Shown here: positions 59,918 through 64,000 of the stretch, piece after piece
How positions within the stretch are numbered: position 1 is the first letter of the stretch
Layout: each line of letters begins with the position of its first letter
Position numbers and translations under genes: made by a program
Notes under the pieces: model-generated
What the model was told of the DNA's origin: nothing
Database searches by the model: none
The model's input: only the letters and a program-made list of their open reading frames with translations
Source of the DNA: an uncultured Gammaproteobacteria bacterium
GTDB taxonomy: Bacteria > Patescibacteriota > Patescibacteriia > UBA1558 > 2-01-FULL-52-15
NCBI GenBank assembly: GCA_964402565.1
Contig: CAYOCJ010000001.1
Span: forward strand, 224,079 to 288,078
Reading direction: 5' to 3'
DNA: 64,000 nt

Positions 59918-60060
59918 TGTAGCCCAATACATTGTCAACGCTTTTAAATGCAGCTCATCAAGAGCTGTTTTTCCATGGGAATGATTAAAAAAAGGCCAGA
60001 CGCGGGGCGTCTGGCCTGAGAGATGGACTCGAAGTGTCTGGTTTCCTTCGCGTCGTTGTT

Positions 60061-61440
60061 TCAACTGGAATAGGGCTTGGCCTCGTTCAGAAGCTGCTCT
60101 CGCGTGACCTTCTTGTCCCCGAGCCTGCTGTAATAGGAGGCAAGACGAGTGAGGTCGGCATCTTTCGAGGTTGAGTGCTGCAGGGCCTTGGCGACGAACT
60201 CGCCGCGGAATTTTCCCTGCGTCCGCGCGAGAAGACCGCCAACCGTGCGCTTCTTGTTTTTGCGCCTTCCGATGCCCAGCTCTTTGAAAGCTGCGTCATA
60301 GGCCTTCTTGAGCCCAGCGCCGCCTTTCGCAGCGCCATCCAGCAGCAAGAGCTGCACCTTGACGCTTTGGCCATTACCGCCGACTCGAGACTTGCTCAGA
60401 GTGTGTACCTTGGTAACCGCAAGCACATCAGGTGTATCCTCGCTACCCAAGAGTTTTCTGATCTCTTCCAGCTTGACGTCTGCCGAGAAGCTTTTGCTCG
60501 CACGCGCGAGCAAGAGGTCGAATTCGGCTTTGACCTCACCTCCAACCATGTTCACGAGCTGTGACAGTTTCTCGTACACGCAAGGCTCCTTTTCCGCGAC
60601 ACTTTCGCGTCTGAGACACGTGATGGTTTCACCAGCGAAAAACAAAGGACTGCGTTGCCAGCAGTCTACCGTAATTGCTGGTAGCCGAGAACGCAGTGCT
60701 GCAGTGCTGTTGTCAAAGTGAAGGAAGAAACTTCGCATTCTGAAGGGATGCCCGCTCCACCGCGACACATAGATGTATCGCTCAATGAGTGTAGGCATAA
60801 GAAGCCGTTTGTTTTGCAGGAGTAGCTGCAGCACCGCTTGCAGAACGCCTAGTTCTCGAAGTGCGCCTTTATGCGGGTCCGGCCGTTTGAAGAATGCGGG
60901 CAGTTCCGGATTTCGTGGAATCAGTCCCTGTTCCGCATGCAGCTGCTCCAGTAGACTCGAGAGAGTAGCATCGCTCAGCTGGGAGCGTAAGAAGCTGAGA
61001 CCGTCAGCTTTGTTCTCCACGGTCAGGTTTGACCGCTGATCTGCGACCGTGATCGCCAAACAGCGCCCTGAACTTCTGCCAATCAGTGGAATGAGCGGCG
61101 TGATCTCACCGACATTCGTTTCGATAGTTCCGCAAAAGTCTGCATGCAGGGCATCGATCGCGGCTTTGGACCCGCGGATTGCCATGAGCTTTTTTGCAAA
61201 TGGATGCAGGCGATCTGAGTGGCGGTAAGGCAGGTCAGATCGGATAAGCTTCAGTCGAGAAGACCGGTTTCGTTCTACGAGCCAGCCATTCTCAGCCGAG
61301 ATGCCGGCATCCTGCCAGAGGCGTGCTTCGATGCCTTGGCCGCCGAGCGTGACAAGAGTGGATTCCTTCAGAGCCGTGAAGCGTTCTATAAAATCAAGGA
61401 ACGCTTCGAGGACCAGAACTTTTGGATTCGTAGTGGCCAT
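60061..61440 (-). CDS. ORFan with probable SAM-methyltransferase-like N-domain and basic C-domain (unit 8)
   Basis: VTLGG.GIE, LVER, IDALHADFCG; AAAGGAG SD; promoter TTGACC(61533-28)-N17-TATGCT. Confidence 0.6.
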   Translation of the reverse strand: MATTNPKVLVLEAFLDFIERFTALKESTLVTLGGQGIEARLWQDAGISAENGWLVERNRSSRLKLIRSDLPYRHSDRLHPFAKKLMAIRGSKAAIDALHADFCGTIETNVGEITPLIPLIGRSSGRCLAITVADQRSNLTVENKADGLSFLRSQLSDATLSSLLEQLHAEQGLIPRNPELPAFFKRPDPHKGALRELGVLQAVLQLLLQNKRLLMPTLIERYIYVSRWSGHPFRMRSFFLHFDNSTAALRSRLPAITVDCWQRSPLFFAGETITCLRRESVAEKEPCVYEKLSQLVNMVGGEVKAEFDLLLARASKSFSADVKLEEIRKLLGSEDTPDVLAVTKVHTLSKSRVGGNGQSVKVQLLLLDGAAKGGAGLKKAYDAAFKELGIGRRKNKKRTVGGLLARTQGKFRGEFVAKALQHSTSKDADLTRLASYYSRLGDKKVTREQLLNEAKPYSS

Positions 61441-61678
61441 CTGGCGCTCCTTTCACATCCTAGTTGATGAATTGTAAGGTACCGATCAATAAAATTGACT
61501 TTCGAGCATAACATTCCGGCGTGCTTTGGTCAATAGTCCTCAGTTGTTATAGTTGACCGTAATCGTATTTTAGGGTATGGTTTCTGGTTATGGATTTTGG
61601 TTCATTGGCAAAATAATCCAACATAACGTGTACTGCGGAAGATTCCCTAGTGCATCTTCAATTCCCAGGGAGGGGTCC

Positions 61679-63277
61679 ATGGCTGATCCGAAAAACACTG
61701 AACGCGCTGATGAAGGCGGCAAAGTTGTCTCGATGCATCCCGATGCCAAGATCGCACCGCGGATCGATCGCATTCTTGGCATTCTGTCCACGTGGCAGGC
61801 GTCAGTCACCACGCCGTTCGTCGCGCAGGTCTTTCAGAGTATCATGGACCTGTTGCACGCAGCCCGATTCATGGGCAACGACGAGCTTCTCGAGCGAACC
61901 AGTTTTTTGGTCGCAGAGGTATGCATCGATCTCGATGAATACTTCAGCAAGATGGACGTTCCGGCGCCGGCAAACAAGTCAGAGCTTACGCAGCTACCTG
62001 AGTTGACCCGAGCACATTTTGCTCAGCAGAGATTTGACTTGCAGGAAATCTTCGTGCTCACGAAGAAGAAGCTGGAAACCCTTACCGCCAGCTATGAAGC
62101 GCTGCGGCTGGAAGATCGCAAGAACATCAATCGGGTCGGTACGACGCTCGGTGGCAGTATCGCGCATCTGACGAAAGCTGCTTCTGAAGAGCGACTTTCG
62201 CTTCAACTTCTCGAACAGATCGAAGAGCTTCAGGCAGAAGTTCGAGAAGTAAGGGCCGAACTGACAGCGACCAAAAAGACCGCTGTTAAGGAACGCTCGG
62301 TCCAGATCGAGTCCTTGATAGATAAGCTCGATCGTGCCGTCTTGCGACTTGACCTTGCCCCTAGCGAACCGGCCGCATCTTCTGGTACTGATCGACCGGC
62401 GACATTCGATCTGCAAGCTTTGACCGTTGAGCTGGGTCGCCGTACGACCTGGCTCGAATCCTATGTCGAAGCGCAGTTACATCTCGAGGAGCAGCGCAGT
62501 GATCTGGATGACAGGCTGCAGGAGATGGAGGACGCCGTACGGTTTTCCGCTGATGATGCTGATGGCAAGTCGCTTCGAAGTGAGAAACTCAAACTGACTC
62601 AGGAGCGAGTGTTTCTTTCGCTCAAGATCACCAGGCTCGTGGAACTTCAATCGGCAGAGCGTCGGAATATCGATGCGCTCAATCGAATTCGCGAAGCACA
62701 CAGTTTGATCGCGAGCGGTATTCCCGCCGAGCTTGCCGAAAGCTTCGGTAAAGCCTTGCCGGCATTGGCAGAGGTGGTCGAGATGCATCCCCCGGCTCCT
62801 CAAGCAGCGACCGCTCAGGATGATCACAAGAAGCAACTAGCCATTCAAACCGCTGCCACGAATAGGACGGTGGTAGGACGGCGGGCTTCGCTGGACGCTA
62901 TCGCAGCATCGGTTCGCATGACGCCTTCCTATCTGTTGTTCGTTACGCTTTTTGAGATCCTTCCAAGGTTTGCTGAGAAGGAGTACCCCTATCGGAAGAG
63001 CGCTGGTTCGATCGCTGCAGCTGCGCGACAGGCCGGAATTCTTTCCGCGTTCGGTTGGGATAACTATCATCTCTTCAACAAGGAGTTGTTGGGAAATCCT
63101 CAGCCGGACGAGGTAATAACCAGGGAGGCGTATCTCTCGTTCAAAGGTTCTCCTGGGGGTAATATCCTTTTCGTTCGCACTTCGCAGAAGATAGGCTGGG
63201 AACCTGAAGCGATCCTGACCTCAGATGAAACTCTTGCGTTTCGAAAGCACATTCGTGAACGCGAGAAGCCGCGCTAG
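61679..63277 (+). CDS. Long coiled-coil ORFan (unit 9)
   Basis: GGAGG before ATG (MADPKN..); heptad-rich; promoter TTGACC(61553)-N17-TATGGT. Confidence 0.75.
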   Translation: MADPKNTERADEGGKVVSMHPDAKIAPRIDRILGILSTWQASVTTPFVAQVFQSIMDLLHAARFMGNDELLERTSFLVAEVCIDLDEYFSKMDVPAPANKSELTQLPELTRAHFAQQRFDLQEIFVLTKKKLETLTASYEALRLEDRKNINRVGTTLGGSIAHLTKAASEERLSLQLLEQIEELQAEVREVRAELTATKKTAVKERSVQIESLIDKLDRAVLRLDLAPSEPAASSGTDRPATFDLQALTVELGRRTTWLESYVEAQLHLEEQRSDLDDRLQEMEDAVRFSADDADGKSLRSEKLKLTQERVFLSLKITRLVELQSAERRNIDALNRIREAHSLIASGIPAELAESFGKALPALAEVVEMHPPAPQAATAQDDHKKQLAIQTAATNRTVVGRRASLDAIAASVRMTPSYLLFVTLFEILPRFAEKEYPYRKSAGSIAAAARQAGILSAFGWDNYHLFNKELLGNPQPDEVITREAYLSFKGSPGGNILFVRTSQKIGWEPEAILTSDETLAFRKHIREREKPR

Positions 63278-63301
63278 CAAGCACGTTCGTTGAGAAATGA
63301 A

Positions 63302-63344
63302 AGAGCGCCGATCCAGCAATGCTGGAGCGGCGCTCTATTTTTTT
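63302..63344. terminator. Terminator between convergent genes
   Basis: AGAGCGCCG-A-TCCAGC/GCTGGA-G-CGGCGCTCT followed by T-run. Confidence 0.8.
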
Positions 63345-63357
63345 CTCCTCTCGTAGG

Positions 63358-64000
63358 TTACTTTTTGCGCTGAAGGAATTCTCGCCGGATGCTTCCGACG
63401 AAACTAGTCACCGCCCTTGAATCTGACGGGAATAGATAGCGGCCGACAGCCTCGACGATCTTGAGCAGAATATGCTCGGCTCGTGCAGACGCTGACGTGG
63501 GCATGGATTCGTACCCATGCACATTCACGTAGATCACCGTACCGTTGGTCGCGTCAACTTCCGCCAGTATGAGCCCATCGAGTTGGCGTTTTGATATGGT
63601 GAAATCCTTGTCACCGATGCGGATCGGAGTCGCGCGTGTCCGGTGATTCCCAGAACCGCCACCTGAGCCGCCATGACCAGAACCGCCACCTGAGCTGCGC
63701 TTATGCGGTGATTTGACCGCAAAATCGTCGTCGCTTTTCAGCTTCGGAACTCCCCAAAGCTGATTGCACATTTCCACGAATTCCGTGATGTGTCGATCGA
63801 ACGGGTCTTTACCGAATACATCTTCCTCACCCAGTAGCGCGCGGGCGTCTTCAGCGACCTGGCTGACCAGGTATGCCATAGCTCGCCGCCAGACAGCGCT
63901 GTGGAAGAATGATCGCCGTAGCTTTGAGCGCGCGGTGTCCTGATTCTCGAGGAGCCCAGGAATGAAGATGTCGCCGGTAAGATCCATATGCCAGAATGGG
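63358..64000 (-). CDS. C-terminal part of a larger protein starting beyond the window, possibly GHKL/MORC-like
   Basis: Open frame to the window edge; LTGDIFIPGL..TAR resembles S5-fold transducer region; Gly linker; IYVNVH tail. Confidence 0.45.
   Translation of the reverse strand, partial: PFWHMDLTGDIFIPGLLENQDTARSKLRRSFFHSAVWRRAMAYLVSQVAEDARALLGEEDVFGKDPFDRHITEFVEMCNQLWGVPKLKSDDDFAVKSPHKRSSGGGSGHGGSGGGSGNHRTRATPIRIGDKDFTISKRQLDGLILAEVDATNGTVIYVNVHGYESMPTSASARAEHILLKIVEAVGRYLFPSDSRAVTSFVGSIRREFLQRKK

Overview
This 64-kb window looks like a chromosome segment from a Patescibacteria/CPR (Parcubacteria-like) bacterium. That assignment is inferred from gene content and from core genes that lack Shine-Dalgarno (SD) sites and often appear leaderless. 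Core content in order: a surface-glycan cluster (flippase-GT4, kinase-GT2-GT4, PIG-L, two GT2, two GT-C, a GH-like protein, SemiSWEET), tRNA-Arg(CCG), smpB-ssrA-infC-rpmI-rplT, two large secreted proteins, argS, purM, a MerR/BldC-like regulator, ileS, recO, tgt, a membrane-anchored Clp ATPase, glyQS, metG, tatD, rmuC and a complete F1Fo ATP synthase operon. Three unexplained patterns stand out. (1) Nine small ORFan transcription units sit between core genes and share one expression layout: TTGAC-N16-18-TAnnnT promoter, boxA-like leader motif, strong SD, intrinsic terminator. Core genes do not use this layout. (2) One FN3 domain appears to be split between two adjacent secreted proteins, suggesting donor-strand complementation. 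(3) Several structured non-coding RNA candidates are present, one with an anti-SD-like loop. No CRISPR array, integrase or transposase was seen. Protein calls come from motif recognition by eye, and no database searches were run.
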